A DNA stretch of 64,000 nucleotides, taken from the NCBI GenBank assembly GCA_963664815.2, contig CAXXHB010000002.1, positions 1-64,000 of the forward strand. The letters run 5' to 3'. The position numbers and the translations under genes were made by a program. Origin of the DNA: Spirochaetota bacterium (lineage in GTDB: Bacteria > Spirochaetota > UBA4802 > UBA5550). How positions within the stretch are numbered: position 1 is the stretch's first letter; each line of letters begins with the position of its first letter. Of this stretch, positions 31,323 to 40,981 are shown one piece after another. The notes below the pieces were generated by a model. The model ran no database searches, had not been told where the DNA came from, and saw nothing but the letters and a program-made list of their open reading frames with translations.

Positions 31323-32084
31323 ATGTCAAAGAAAAGTACAAAAACATTAAAAAAATCGGAACCATATTCCGGTATTGCAGAAGCATATGATTACATGCTT
31401 CGCCATGTTGATTATGAACAATGGTACCAGTATATCAAGAATATAATGACCCGGTATGTAGATAATCCTGAAACTGTTCTTGAACTTGGTTGTGGAACAG
31501 GAAAATTCGGCGCAAAGTTCTCGTCAGATAATTACAAAATTTACGGGATAGATAAATCTCTCAACATGCTCAGAGTCTCAAAAACCAGGGCATTCAGAAG
31601 CTTTCGAATCATCTGTGCTGATATCCGAAATTTCTACCTGAAGGTAAAATTTGATTTTATATTCAGTGTCCATGACACAATGAATTATCAACTTACAGAC
31701 GGCGATGTCAGAAAAGTATTCAGTTCTGTAAAAGAAGTAATGCATGAAAAAAGTGTTTTTATGTTTGATATTACAACTGAGCATAATATTAACCGTTTTT
31801 TTGATAACAAGACATCATTCTACAAAACCCGCGGAATGAATATTATGTGGAGTAATACTTACGACAGAGATAAAAAACATATTATCTCGATGTTTAATAT
31901 AAGGTACAGCGACGGACGTATTTTTAATGAAGAGCATGTTCAGAAAATCTATACCCGCAATGAAATTGAAATAATTCTGGTAGAGGAGGGATTTGAGATA
32001 TTGAATGTTCTAAGTGACTACACTTATGAGGCTCCATCTGATCAAACAATCATGATAAATTTTATTGTAAAAAAAAGACCCTAG
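31323..32084 (+). CDS. Class I SAM-dependent methyltransferase
   Basis: VLELGCGTG, GIDKSLNML and DTMNY motifs. Confidence 0.88.
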   Translation: MSKKSTKTLKKSEPYSGIAEAYDYMLRHVDYEQWYQYIKNIMTRYVDNPETVLELGCGTGKFGAKFSSDNYKIYGIDKSLNMLRVSKTRAFRSFRIICADIRNFYLKVKFDFIFSVHDTMNYQLTDGDVRKVFSSVKEVMHEKSVFMFDITTEHNINRFFDNKTSFYKTRGMNIMWSNTYDRDKKHIISMFNIRYSDGRIFNEEHVQKIYTRNEIEIILVEEGFEILNVLSDYTYEAPSDQTIMINFIVKKRP

Positions 32085-32085
32085 A

Positions 32086-32400
32086 ATGAATGTACTTATA
32101 TTTATTACAGGATTGGCTATTGGAGTTTCTGCATTTTTATACCTGCTATCCGCACTATCGGCTGGGAAGAAAAAATTACTTTCTTCTAAAACTGATCAAC
32201 GACATGTTGTTAAACAACATATTCAGCCCGAAACAATAGGGATCAGGGGGAGAAAAAACATCCCTCCAGGATCGAGAATATGCCCTTTATGTGGCTCCGA
32301 ACTTACTAAATATGAAGGATTATATGCTTCGAGAATTATTGAGAAATCTGAAAATAAAATTTTAATAATGGGATGCAAGTACTGTTACAAAGATGATTGA
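32086..32400 (+). CDS. Membrane-anchored small protein with CxxC...CxxC
   Basis: N-terminal TM, CPLC and CKYC; coupled to the methyltransferase. Confidence 0.7.
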   Translation: MNVLIFITGLAIGVSAFLYLLSALSAGKKKLLSSKTDQRHVVKQHIQPETIGIRGRKNIPPGSRICPLCGSELTKYEGLYASRIIEKSENKILIMGCKYCYKDD

Positions 32401-32417
32401 TACAAAAGTCAAAAGAA

Positions 32418-32439
32418 CCCTCCGGATTATCCCGGAGGG
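32418..32439. terminator. Hairpin between convergent genes
   Basis: CCCTCCGG-ATTATC-CCGGAGGG. Confidence 0.7.
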
Positions 32440-32522
32440 CCATTAAAATATAATCACATAATTCTTTATAAGGATTTACTTAAATTTACCCTCGCCAGTA
32501 ATTAATCTTATAGTTTTATTAT

Positions 32523-33257
32523 TCAGTTTTTTTCAGATGATTTCTCTTCGCCTGCTTTTGAATCAATTGCTGTATTTGCAGCTCCTTCTTCAGGAAACAA
32601 AACTTTTCGAGCCATTTCGGAAAAAATTCCATTCGCAGATACTAAATTTTTCAGATTTTCTTCCGCCTGTTTTTTCTGATCAGCTTTTGAATCAGCTTTA
32701 GCCAGAACAGCAGCTGATTCTTCATAAATTCTCGCATCCTGCACTGTTGCATTATCTGCTGTAAAACCGCTGTTAACCCACTGCTGTGTAATCCATTTAT
32801 CGTCAATCTTGCCTACATAAACCTGAATCCATTCCGCGTTTTCCTGCAGAACAAATCCTATGGTACCTTTAGGAATAATTGCAAACACTTTACTCGATAT
32901 ATTATTACGGACAAATGCCTTTGTATCTTCTGTAAATACAACCGGTTTATCCCCCAGGTTTTTTGCGTTTACATATAAAACTGTATTATCTGAAAGCTTA
33001 ACCTTCGCTACTTCCACAACAGCATTTTTAATAGTTACATTCAATGTCTCAAGCAACTTCACGGATTCCGTTTTGGAAAGAGTAGCTCCATATGTTTTCA
33101 TTTCCTGATCCTTATAAGCAGCTGCTGCATATTTAGCATATTTTACAATATCACCAGGAGCGACTTCAAGCTGTTTTTTTTCTTCGCCTTTTTTACATCC
33201 CTGAATTAACGCTACACTCAGCAATAAAGCAAAAAGTGTATAAATAGACTTTTTCAT
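32523..33257 (-). CDS. Lipoprotein, LipL31-like
   Basis: Signal peptide with lipobox LIQGC-KK; size and pattern resemble leptospiral LipL31-type lipoproteins (recognition only). Confidence 0.6.
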   Translation of the reverse strand: MKKSIYTLFALLLSVALIQGCKKGEEKKQLEVAPGDIVKYAKYAAAAYKDQEMKTYGATLSKTESVKLLETLNVTIKNAVVEVAKVKLSDNTVLYVNAKNLGDKPVVFTEDTKAFVRNNISSKVFAIIPKGTIGFVLQENAEWIQVYVGKIDDKWITQQWVNSGFTADNATVQDARIYEESAAVLAKADSKADQKKQAEENLKNLVSANGIFSEMARKVLFPEEGAANTAIDSKAGEEKSSEKN

Positions 33258-33493
33258 CTGGATCTCCTTTTCTTTAATTAAATTGTTATTATTTTTTGCA
33301 GATTCTTAGAGGGTCTGCAAAATTTAAAAATTCTTAACATAATCTAATTTACTGAAATTTCTTTGTCAAATATTTTTGTTATAATAATTAATATTGTATA
33401 CCTGAATTCAGATACTCCATAATATATTTTACATTAAAACTGCTTGACATTTTATTTTTCATATTTATATATTTTTTGAACACGGAGAGTCAC

Positions 33494-34393
33494 ATGTATA
33501 TCGAAAAATGTAAAGCCTGCGGGGCATCGATAAATATTATACATGAGGTAAATGAATGCCCGTATTGTGGTACACATAACAGCCTCTATCAAAGCCTGGA
33601 AAAAGAGAAAACTCCATCTCCCGCAGTAAAAACCTCAAAACTTAAAATTATACTTGTAATACTTTCTCTGCTTCTTGCCGGAGGTATTATAAGTTCAATC
33701 TTTTTTTTCTTACAGTTTAATCAACAAAAAACAGTCTTACAAGACGGTTTGACAGGAACAGACCCTTCATCAATAAACACATACACATCATCCGGAGAGT
33801 CTACCGAAGCCAGCAGTTCTGATGTCTCCGGCAATGAATCCTATGTTGTAACGGTTGTCAGTAAGCTTAAGGTACGTTCCGGGCCAAATCTTGCTTCAGC
33901 AGTAGTTAAGGTAATAAATACAAATACCAGACTTGAAATTATAGAAACTCAGGATAATCTTGAGACTATTGACAACATCGAGTCCAGATGGATAAAAGTA
34001 AGAATCTCCGAAGGGGAAAGTGGCTGGATTTTTGGCGGTTATGCACGAAATGCCGATGTAGGCAATCCACCTTATTCCGTATCTGATTTTATTGGTACAT
34101 GGAAATGCCAGAATTGTAAAACCGGCGATTGTTCTGTTTCATTAACATTCAACCATAATCGATCAATACAGATACCGGCCGATTTTTGCAGCAATTTGCC
34201 TCTGGATATAGCATCAATAAAATCCGCCATAAAAGAAAATAGACGATGGCTCTTTAATAATTATGATGCCACTTTCAAGTTTACCAATGAAACCGGTCAG
34301 ATACTCTCTGGTGTCGTTGAATCCGGAGATAAACGGCGGATTCTTCATATAGAGCAGGCTTCTTCTTTGAAACTTATTCATACAGATAACTGA
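33494..34393 (+). CDS. Zinc-ribbon + TM + SH3b domain protein
   Basis: CKAC/CPYC, TM helix and SH3b (LKVRSGP...WIKV...GWIFGGY); ATG at 33494 after GGAGAG. Confidence 0.75.
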   Translation: MYIEKCKACGASINIIHEVNECPYCGTHNSLYQSLEKEKTPSPAVKTSKLKIILVILSLLLAGGIISSIFFFLQFNQQKTVLQDGLTGTDPSSINTYTSSGESTEASSSDVSGNESYVVTVVSKLKVRSGPNLASAVVKVINTNTRLEIIETQDNLETIDNIESRWIKVRISEGESGWIFGGYARNADVGNPPYSVSDFIGTWKCQNCKTGDCSVSLTFNHNRSIQIPADFCSNLPLDIASIKSAIKENRRWLFNNYDATFKFTNETGQILSGVVESGDKRRILHIEQASSLKLIHTDN

Positions 34394-34542
34394 CGCAGCT
34401 ATCCAAATAGTTACCGATATAGAATATCGGAGATATATTGTTTAATGAGATAATATAACAAACCTTACCGCGATGCGGATATTTATTACCAGTAATGTAC
34501 CTGTTTTAAAAAACAGGCACTCAATGAACGGGGCACACAAAT

Positions 34543-35316
34543 ATGAAAATAAGTAAAAAATCTTTAATTATTATTATAATTTGCGAAATAATTATTGTGG
34601 CGTTGATATATGCTTTTATCAACCGAAACGTTATCATTAACTCAATATCAACACAGCAAAACAAAGAAGTTACCAAATTGCAAATATTATATGTTGATAC
34701 GTATGCAGGTCTTGTTTTCAGGATAAAACCCGGGGCTTCTCAGGAAAAGATCGGAGTAATACCATACGGAGCTCCTGTTGAACTTATTGAAAAAAGTGCA
34801 ATAAAAGAAAACATATCAGGTCGCGACGGTGTTTGGCTTAAAATCAGGTGGGATATTTATTTTCTTTCCGAAAGAAATCGGGAATATAAAGAAGGCTGGT
34901 GTTTCAGTGGATTTTTAAATGAAAATGATCCGGGTTTCTCGGTTCCTGTTGGTGCTACTGCCGGAACACCGCTACAGATCGATAAAACATATGAACTATC
35001 AATGGATACTGAAACAATGTCCGGAGGAGGCCAGAGTACTTCCACTATAGTATTTTTTGCTAATAAAACCGTAGAACAACATGACAATTCAGAATTCGAT
35101 GAAGCGCCTGATGGTTTTGAAGATCAATATGGCAAATATAAAGTTAAAAATGGAATTGTTTATGCCCATTTTACAAAAAGTACAAACAACAACGATAAAC
35201 TTGAAAAAACAGTTACAGAAGAAGTTGACCATGATGTTGAATTTCTTTGTGCTGAAACACCTGATTATTATTTATTAATGAGGGGCCGTAAATCAATTTT
35301 TTTTATCAGAAAATAA
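34543..35316 (+). CDS. Membrane-anchored SH3b domain protein
   Basis: N-terminal TM and GLVFRIKPG...IPYG...WLKI...EGWCFSGFL. Confidence 0.75.
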   Translation: MKISKKSLIIIIICEIIIVALIYAFINRNVIINSISTQQNKEVTKLQILYVDTYAGLVFRIKPGASQEKIGVIPYGAPVELIEKSAIKENISGRDGVWLKIRWDIYFLSERNREYKEGWCFSGFLNENDPGFSVPVGATAGTPLQIDKTYELSMDTETMSGGGQSTSTIVFFANKTVEQHDNSEFDEAPDGFEDQYGKYKVKNGIVYAHFTKSTNNNDKLEKTVTEEVDHDVEFLCAETPDYYLLMRGRKSIFFIRK

Positions 35317-35353
35317 AACCAACTTTTGAAGTTTAATATAAACTTTTATAATA

Positions 35354-35389
35354 ATGTTTTCCGCCCCGGATTATCGAGGCGGAAAACAT
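35354..35389. terminator. 12-bp-stem hairpin between convergent genes
   Basis: ATGTTTTCCGCC-N12-GGCGGAAAACAT. Confidence 0.75.
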
Positions 35390-35421
35390 GTTATACTAAA
35401 AGCAGGAAATTTACATCTCTG

Positions 35422-36918
35422 TCAATAGTTAAGCTTTCTCGCTTCTTCAGCGGCGTTAGTCTCTCCATAATTGGTAAGGATATACTGTCTGATTTGTGAA
35501 GCCTTGGGAAGATTTCCCATAAATTCATACGCTCTCATCATACCGTAATATCCTTCTGCCCTCATTATAGCATCGGGATACCTCTTAACCAGTGCATCAA
35601 AAGTATTAAGTGCTTCCTGGTTATTTTTCATATACATCATCTCAAGATGACCCTTCCGATAATATGCCCCATCCGCTTCTTTGGTATCGTCATACGCTTT
35701 TATAAATTCAGCATATGCCGCAATTGCTCCGGCCCAATCGCGTTTGCGTTCAAAATTCATTGCATTCTGAAATATTTTAAATGGAACTTCTTTTAATTCC
35801 ACCTGCTGTTCCAGTACTTTTTTTGACTCAATTTCGACATCAACTTTATATGGAACATAGCCATCCAGTTTTATCATTACAGAATGTTTTCCCCTTGGAA
35901 CCGGAATCGGCGCCGGTGATTTTCCCTCTTTCTTTCCATCTATAAAGATCTCGGCACCATCAGGTTTAGAAGTTACTTTCAGAGTTCCAAGTCTGTTATT
36001 CAATGCATCCTCAAGAGTACTTGAAATACTCCACGCCGCAGGCCGAAGACCCGCTGAGGAAGCTATATCTCTTGAACCCATAAAAACTATTGAATTGTCA
36101 GAAGTGTTAAACATTTTGTAGTTGATACATATTACATCAGGGAAAACTCTTATATCTCCCTCAACCTTGTATTGAATTCCCTTGTTTTTGAAGCTGCCGC
36201 CTGATTCATCATTTTCAATAACCCCGGCCATTTCCAGAATTTTCTCATTGATCAGGGCTTTGGAATATTTTCTTTCCACGGTAGTAATGGTAATGAAAGT
36301 CCCCATCTGACTGTTAAGTATTTCGGCGAAGGTCCCACCATAACCGGCCTTCCCGGCCAGATCATTGGCATCCCTGAATTTATAAACAGTAACAGTAGCT
36401 TTATCTGTATCATCACTCTCTCTTTGCTTCAGATAATTACTGTTAAATTTTTCCTTGATATACCAATCAATTTCACCTGCAGCCTCATCAATCGATTTTG
36501 CACTGCATCCCTGTGCATGTACAATGTTCATGCTTTCTATTCCTACAGTTCTTGAGTCAACTTCATATCTGCCGTCTATTTTGGAAACGGTCCCTACTGT
36601 AAGATAATCAACCTTAAGAGAATCGGGATCACCCTTCATCGCCTCTGGTTGAAGAGCTCCGGCCTGTACCTGAGCAAGTGCTGCAAGATAGGACTTGATT
36701 GCGTCTTTCTCTCTTACATAAAATCTGTCATTAGCTTTAAATGAACCTTCAATCATTGCAGAAACAACATTTCCGGATTTTTCCTGCTCAGATGCTTTTG
36801 TCAATGTGTCGTCAAAAACAGCTACTGCAACCCTTATCTGTTTCTGATCATTATCCTGGCTTAACAAAACAGCAGGGAGAATTAAAGTTATAATAATCAG
36901 TGATATATATTTTTTCAT
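35422..36918 (-). CDS. Secreted protein with two CsgG/FlgO-like domains, PEGA domain and C-terminal TPR
   Basis: Signal peptide from ATG 36918 (MKKYIS), PEGA (LKVTSKPDGAEIFIDG) and TPR/BamD-like tail. Confidence 0.75.
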   Translation of the reverse strand: MKKYISLIIITLILPAVLLSQDNDQKQIRVAVAVFDDTLTKASEQEKSGNVVSAMIEGSFKANDRFYVREKDAIKSYLAALAQVQAGALQPEAMKGDPDSLKVDYLTVGTVSKIDGRYEVDSRTVGIESMNIVHAQGCSAKSIDEAAGEIDWYIKEKFNSNYLKQRESDDTDKATVTVYKFRDANDLAGKAGYGGTFAEILNSQMGTFITITTVERKYSKALINEKILEMAGVIENDESGGSFKNKGIQYKVEGDIRVFPDVICINYKMFNTSDNSIVFMGSRDIASSAGLRPAAWSISSTLEDALNNRLGTLKVTSKPDGAEIFIDGKKEGKSPAPIPVPRGKHSVMIKLDGYVPYKVDVEIESKKVLEQQVELKEVPFKIFQNAMNFERKRDWAGAIAAYAEFIKAYDDTKEADGAYYRKGHLEMMYMKNNQEALNTFDALVKRYPDAIMRAEGYYGMMRAYEFMGNLPKASQIRQYILTNYGETNAAEEARKLNY

Positions 36919-36920
36919 GG

Positions 36921-37664
36921 TCAGCCTCCAATCGCCGAAATCCAGAGTTTGACAAGATTCCTCTCCGGGCAATCAGGTCTTAATGTAAGATATTTATTAT
37001 AACTTTCAACCGCAGCAGGCCCTTTCTTCATCTTTGTATCATAAAGGATACCCAGATTCTTATACGCCGCTGCGTAGTTTGGATTTATCGAAATACATGT
37101 CTTAAGATTTTTTTCAGCTGCACTTAAATCACCTGTAAGAGTTGAAAGTACACCCAGATTGTTATATGCATCAACAAGCTTTTTATCAAGACTAACTGCT
37201 TTTTTGTATGATTCCTTGGCGGAAGGGTAATTCATTTTTTTATACTGTGCATTACCCAATTCAAACCATGCAGGAGCAAAGTCATTTTTTATGCTGATTG
37301 AAGTATTGAGCTCATCCATGGCATCATTATATCTGCCGGCAGCTATGTAAGATTTTCCAAGAAGATAATGTGACATGTACTGGTTCGGCTGAAATTTTAC
37401 CGCAGCGGCAGCCGATTTCATTAATAACCCTACATCCCCTTTTTCATCAAGTATTACGGCAATCTTTGTGTGTATCTCGGCTTTTTCAACATCTGTCCCT
37501 GCACTCTTAAGGGCGTCATTGAGTTTTTTGATTTCAGAGTTCACTGATGCATTTTCTGAAAGTTTGTACTGCTCTTCAGCTAATTCTCCCTGGCTTTTCT
37601 TTGAACAGTTTACGAAATACAGAGAAATAAAAAAAATCAGAATTGATAATATAATTCTCTTCAT
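36921..37664 (-). CDS. TPR lipoprotein
   Basis: Lipobox FVNC-SKK and tandem TPRs (AYNNLG, AYKNLG). Confidence 0.85.
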   Translation of the reverse strand: MKRIILSILIFFISLYFVNCSKKSQGELAEEQYKLSENASVNSEIKKLNDALKSAGTDVEKAEIHTKIAVILDEKGDVGLLMKSAAAAVKFQPNQYMSHYLLGKSYIAAGRYNDAMDELNTSISIKNDFAPAWFELGNAQYKKMNYPSAKESYKKAVSLDKKLVDAYNNLGVLSTLTGDLSAAEKNLKTCISINPNYAAAYKNLGILYDTKMKKGPAAVESYNKYLTLRPDCPERNLVKLWISAIGG

Positions 37665-38040
37665 GCTACCTCCATTATAATTTTCCGCACGGATAATTAT
37701 AATGTAATATCCATTTATATCATCCGCCTGCAGATTTCATAGTATACTTTTTGTTTTTATGCTTTTTCCTGTTTAGTCAAGACTTTTTCATTATTAACTG
37801 ACAGTTATAATTTTTTAAAATCGCAGAGTGTTAGAATATTAAATGCTGCTAATTCTTTTATAAAAAATTCAATCAATCATACGCTATAAAACAGTTGACT
37901 CCATTATTTATTTAATTATTACTTTTACAATTACATCCGTCTTTCTATAAAAAAAGAACTATTGATGAAACATTTACTGAAAGGTTTTTGCCGCTGCCGA
38001 TGAACTTTACTAAATAACATGCATAATCTGGAATTTAAAC

Positions 38041-38625
38041 ATGGAAGAAAATAAAAAATGGTCACAGGATCTCTACCAGAAAGCAATGTGGTTTGCCGGA
38101 GAAGCTCATGGAAATCAGAAAATTCCTGGAACGGATCTTCCATATGTTATACATCTCTCAAATGTATGCATGGAGGTTTTTGCCGCCATCTGCGCACATG
38201 AAACCGTAAATCCTGACCTCGCCATTCAATGCGCCCTGCTTCATGATACAATAGAAGATGCCGGAATTTCAGTTGAGCAGATACATGATTTCTTCGGGAA
38301 TGAAGTGGCACAGGGAGTACTTGCACTGACAAAAAATAAAAATCTTGCCAAAGCGCTCAGAATTAAGGATTCCATCGAAAGAATTAAACTTCAACCCATG
38401 GAAATATGGATGGTAAAACTTGCAGACCGTATAACAAACCTGCAGCCTCCTCCAGCTCACTGGAAATCAGAAAAAATTGATAACTACCGGAATGATGCGG
38501 TATATATCCTTGAACATCTTGGAACTGCCAGCCTGATACTTAAAGAGCGGCTTGAAAATAAAATAAAAAATTATCCCTGGACAGAATCATCTCCGGATTC
38601 AAAAGGCCTTTTATTCTGCATGTAA
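38041..38625 (+). CDS. HD-domain protein, RelA/SpoT-type small alarmone hydrolase (Mesh1-like)
   Basis: AH..Q...PYVIHL, ALLHDTIED, VLALTK and VKLADRITNL. Confidence 0.85.
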   Translation: MEENKKWSQDLYQKAMWFAGEAHGNQKIPGTDLPYVIHLSNVCMEVFAAICAHETVNPDLAIQCALLHDTIEDAGISVEQIHDFFGNEVAQGVLALTKNKNLAKALRIKDSIERIKLQPMEIWMVKLADRITNLQPPPAHWKSEKIDNYRNDAVYILEHLGTASLILKERLENKIKNYPWTESSPDSKGLLFCM

Positions 38626-39716
38626 TCATCAAGAATTTTGTATATTTCCCAGAATGAATAAAACAATGAAAGTATTATCGGTCCTATGATTACACCGGGA
38701 AGATTGAATGCTTCAATACTTCCAAGCAGAAGAAAGAAGAACAGCAACGGATGGAAATTAAGCCTGTCGCCGAAGATTTTCGGTTTCACCACGTTCTCAA
38801 GAATCATATACCAGGAAAAACACCAGCATGCCGTAAATATTGCCATACCATAGTTTCCAGTAAAATAAAGATATATTGAAACCGGAAGCCAGATAAGAGT
38901 TGTACCTATTACCGGTATGAGAGAAAGAATAGCTGCAAGTGTACCCCAGATAAGAGGTGTCCCTGCACCGGCTATATAAAGTCCAACTCCAACCATGAGA
39001 CCCTGAAGCAGCATTATAAAAAGATTACCAAGCATGAGAACATAAATAACACCTTTCAGCTTTGTTACAATATTCATTTCCAAATCTGAGGGTAACGGCA
39101 GAATTCTGTATATTGCACCTTCAAGGTTGTAAGCGTCTTTAAAAAGAAAAAAAAGTATCAGCATCATCATGAAGAATTTGATTATAAAATTAATCGGAAA
39201 TGATACAATTGAAGTTATACTGGAAAAGACTGACATTGAAGTCTCTTTGAAATAGCTGATTATCCTCTCTCCAAGGTCAGCCTTCTGAATATTAAAAAAA
39301 GTAAGCACTTTATCCATTGAAGGATGATTTCCAATTTGTTTCAAAGTCTCATAGTTTATAGAGATATGTATTTTACCATAAAGATCATAAACCTGCTCTG
39401 AAAGAACCATGAGGAGAAACATCGAAGGAATGACTAAAAGAGATAAAATTATTATAATAATAAGTGTTGAACTGAAAATTCTTTTTTTTACATATTTTAA
39501 AATCCATTCATGAATTGGTCTCAATGCGACATAAAATATCAGTGAATATAAAAATATCCATAAGTAAAATCTGAATATGTATAGTAAAAACATTACTATT
39601 ACTGCAAAGAGTATAAGAAAATAACTCTTCATTGTCTTATTTCTGAATAATGTTTCGTATGAATTATTTTCCTGCATAAATATTTCTTTTCTTCCATTAA
39701 TTTTAAAGCTATACAT
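38571..39716 (-). CDS. AI-2E (PerM) family transporter
   Basis: Multi-TM; LIPVIG, ENVVKPKI.G and GVIIGPII. Start may be 39677. Confidence 0.9.
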   Translation of the reverse strand: MYSFKINGRKEIFMQENNSYETLFRNKTMKSYFLILFAVIVMFLLYIFRFYLWIFLYSLIFYVALRPIHEWILKYVKKRIFSSTLIIIIILSLLVIPSMFLLMVLSEQVYDLYGKIHISINYETLKQIGNHPSMDKVLTFFNIQKADLGERIISYFKETSMSVFSSITSIVSFPINFIIKFFMMMLILFFLFKDAYNLEGAIYRILPLPSDLEMNIVTKLKGVIYVLMLGNLFIMLLQGLMVGVGLYIAGAGTPLIWGTLAAILSLIPVIGTTLIWLPVSIYLYFTGNYGMAIFTACWCFSWYMILENVVKPKIFGDRLNFHPLLFFFLLLGSIEAFNLPGVIIGPIILSLFYSFWEIYKILDDYMQNKRPFESGDDSVQG

Positions 39717-39790
39717 CTCAGAAAGAGATGTATAGCTTAATTAAATGATTTCTGCTGACGCTTTTAAACGTAAGCCTGCAACATGGTTTT

Positions 39791-39973
39791 TTACTTGGTA
39801 AGATAGTGAGACAGATCAGTGGCAAGTTTTGATATTGCATGATCAAGATATTTTTCATCAGAGATTCGTTTTTTAAATTCATCAACCTTCTCAGAATCTC
39901 CTGAAATTTTACCCTGCCGTATCTCACGATCCTCCATTTTCATGAGATTATTCATTGAAAACCTCCCGGTCAC
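39791..39973 (-). CDS. Small FlgM-like protein (putative)
   Basis: 60 aa with GGAGG RBS; C-terminal KVDEFKKRISD..Y....SKLA resembles the FlgM sigma28-binding helices. Confidence 0.45.
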   Translation of the reverse strand: MTGRFSMNNLMKMEDREIRQGKISGDSEKVDEFKKRISDEKYLDHAISKLATDLSHYLTK

Positions 39974-40223
39974 CTGTTCCTCCCTGAACAGGACTTGAGA
40001 CCTGTTATTTTAATCGACATCTGATTTAATTTAATAAGTGAAATTTCCTGAATCAAGCATACTTTTAAAAATAATTCAACTGAACCTTAAAAGTCATTGA
40101 CTAACACTCTTTTTAAAATTATCATCTTTTTAATAAAATATCCTGCCTGAATTTTATTATATCAATTTTTTGTATTTATGTAATAATGCTACTTGATAGA
40201 TGAAATTACATTAAAGAGGGAAA

Positions 40224-40979
40224 ATGGCTTCAGAACTAAACAGTTTACAGGTAAATACTCTTAAAATAATCTCAACCCTTCTTGAAAAAGATGCCGTTGA
40301 AGATTCTATAATTGAAGAATTATGGAAAAACGAACTTGAATATTTTTCTCTTCTTGAAAAATATAAAATCCTCAGTGAAAGAGTTAATATTGATGAAAAA
40401 ACAGGCCTTCTGAAATATAATGACAATTATCTGACTGATATCGTAAAAACCGCATCCCGTTTTCTGAATAATAACAAATTTCCCCAACTTGAAATCGGTT
40501 TTGTCAGATTTGACATTGACAATTTTTCAAAATTCAACAATAAATATGGCCACGACCTTGGTGATGAAATTCTGAAAAAAATAAGTGGAATAATAAGAGA
40601 TTGCTCACGCCCAACAGATTATGTAATCAGATTTGGAGGGGAGGAGTTTGATGTCATTCTTCCTTCAACAGATATAAACGGTACTGAAACGTATGTTAAA
40701 AAAATTCTTGAAGAAACACGCAAAATTTACTTTCAATACCAGGATGAAAACGATATTAAAGTTACATTGAGTGCCGGGATGACATCATGCAGTTTGAAGA
40801 TCAGCAACTCATACAAAAAAGAGAACGTTCAGCTGGAATATAAAGGTATACAGAAAAGAGCTGATGACGCTCTTTACGAAGCAAAGTTCATGGGTAAGGA
40901 TCGTTATTCCATCTATTCAGATTTGAAGTCAGATGAATACTCAAAGATACGAAGTAAGTATATAACAAAAGTTAAATAA
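40224..40979 (+). CDS. Diguanylate cyclase (GGDEF domain)
   Basis: DEKTGL, DIDNFSKFNNKYGHDLGD, RxxD I-site (RPTD) and GGEEF. Confidence 0.92.
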   Translation: MASELNSLQVNTLKIISTLLEKDAVEDSIIEELWKNELEYFSLLEKYKILSERVNIDEKTGLLKYNDNYLTDIVKTASRFLNNNKFPQLEIGFVRFDIDNFSKFNNKYGHDLGDEILKKISGIIRDCSRPTDYVIRFGGEEFDVILPSTDINGTETYVKKILEETRKIYFQYQDENDIKVTLSAGMTSCSLKISNSYKKENVQLEYKGIQKRADDALYEAKFMGKDRYSIYSDLKSDEYSKIRSKYITKVK

Positions 40980-40981
40980 CT

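Noticed and set aside
32398-32505. TGA stop followed 17 nt later by a hairpin and 34 further open codons (possible Sec read-through with a SECIS)
   Set aside because: The UGA is not at a Cys-equivalent position, the loop lacks an apical G, the extension looks non-coding, and the hairpin is explained as a terminator between convergent genes.
34391-34542. Hairpin-rich spacer considered as an integron attC site, SECIS or riboswitch
   Set aside because: No RYYYAAC...GTTRRRY pair, no integrase, no recognisable riboswitch consensus, and read-through would add only 19 codons.
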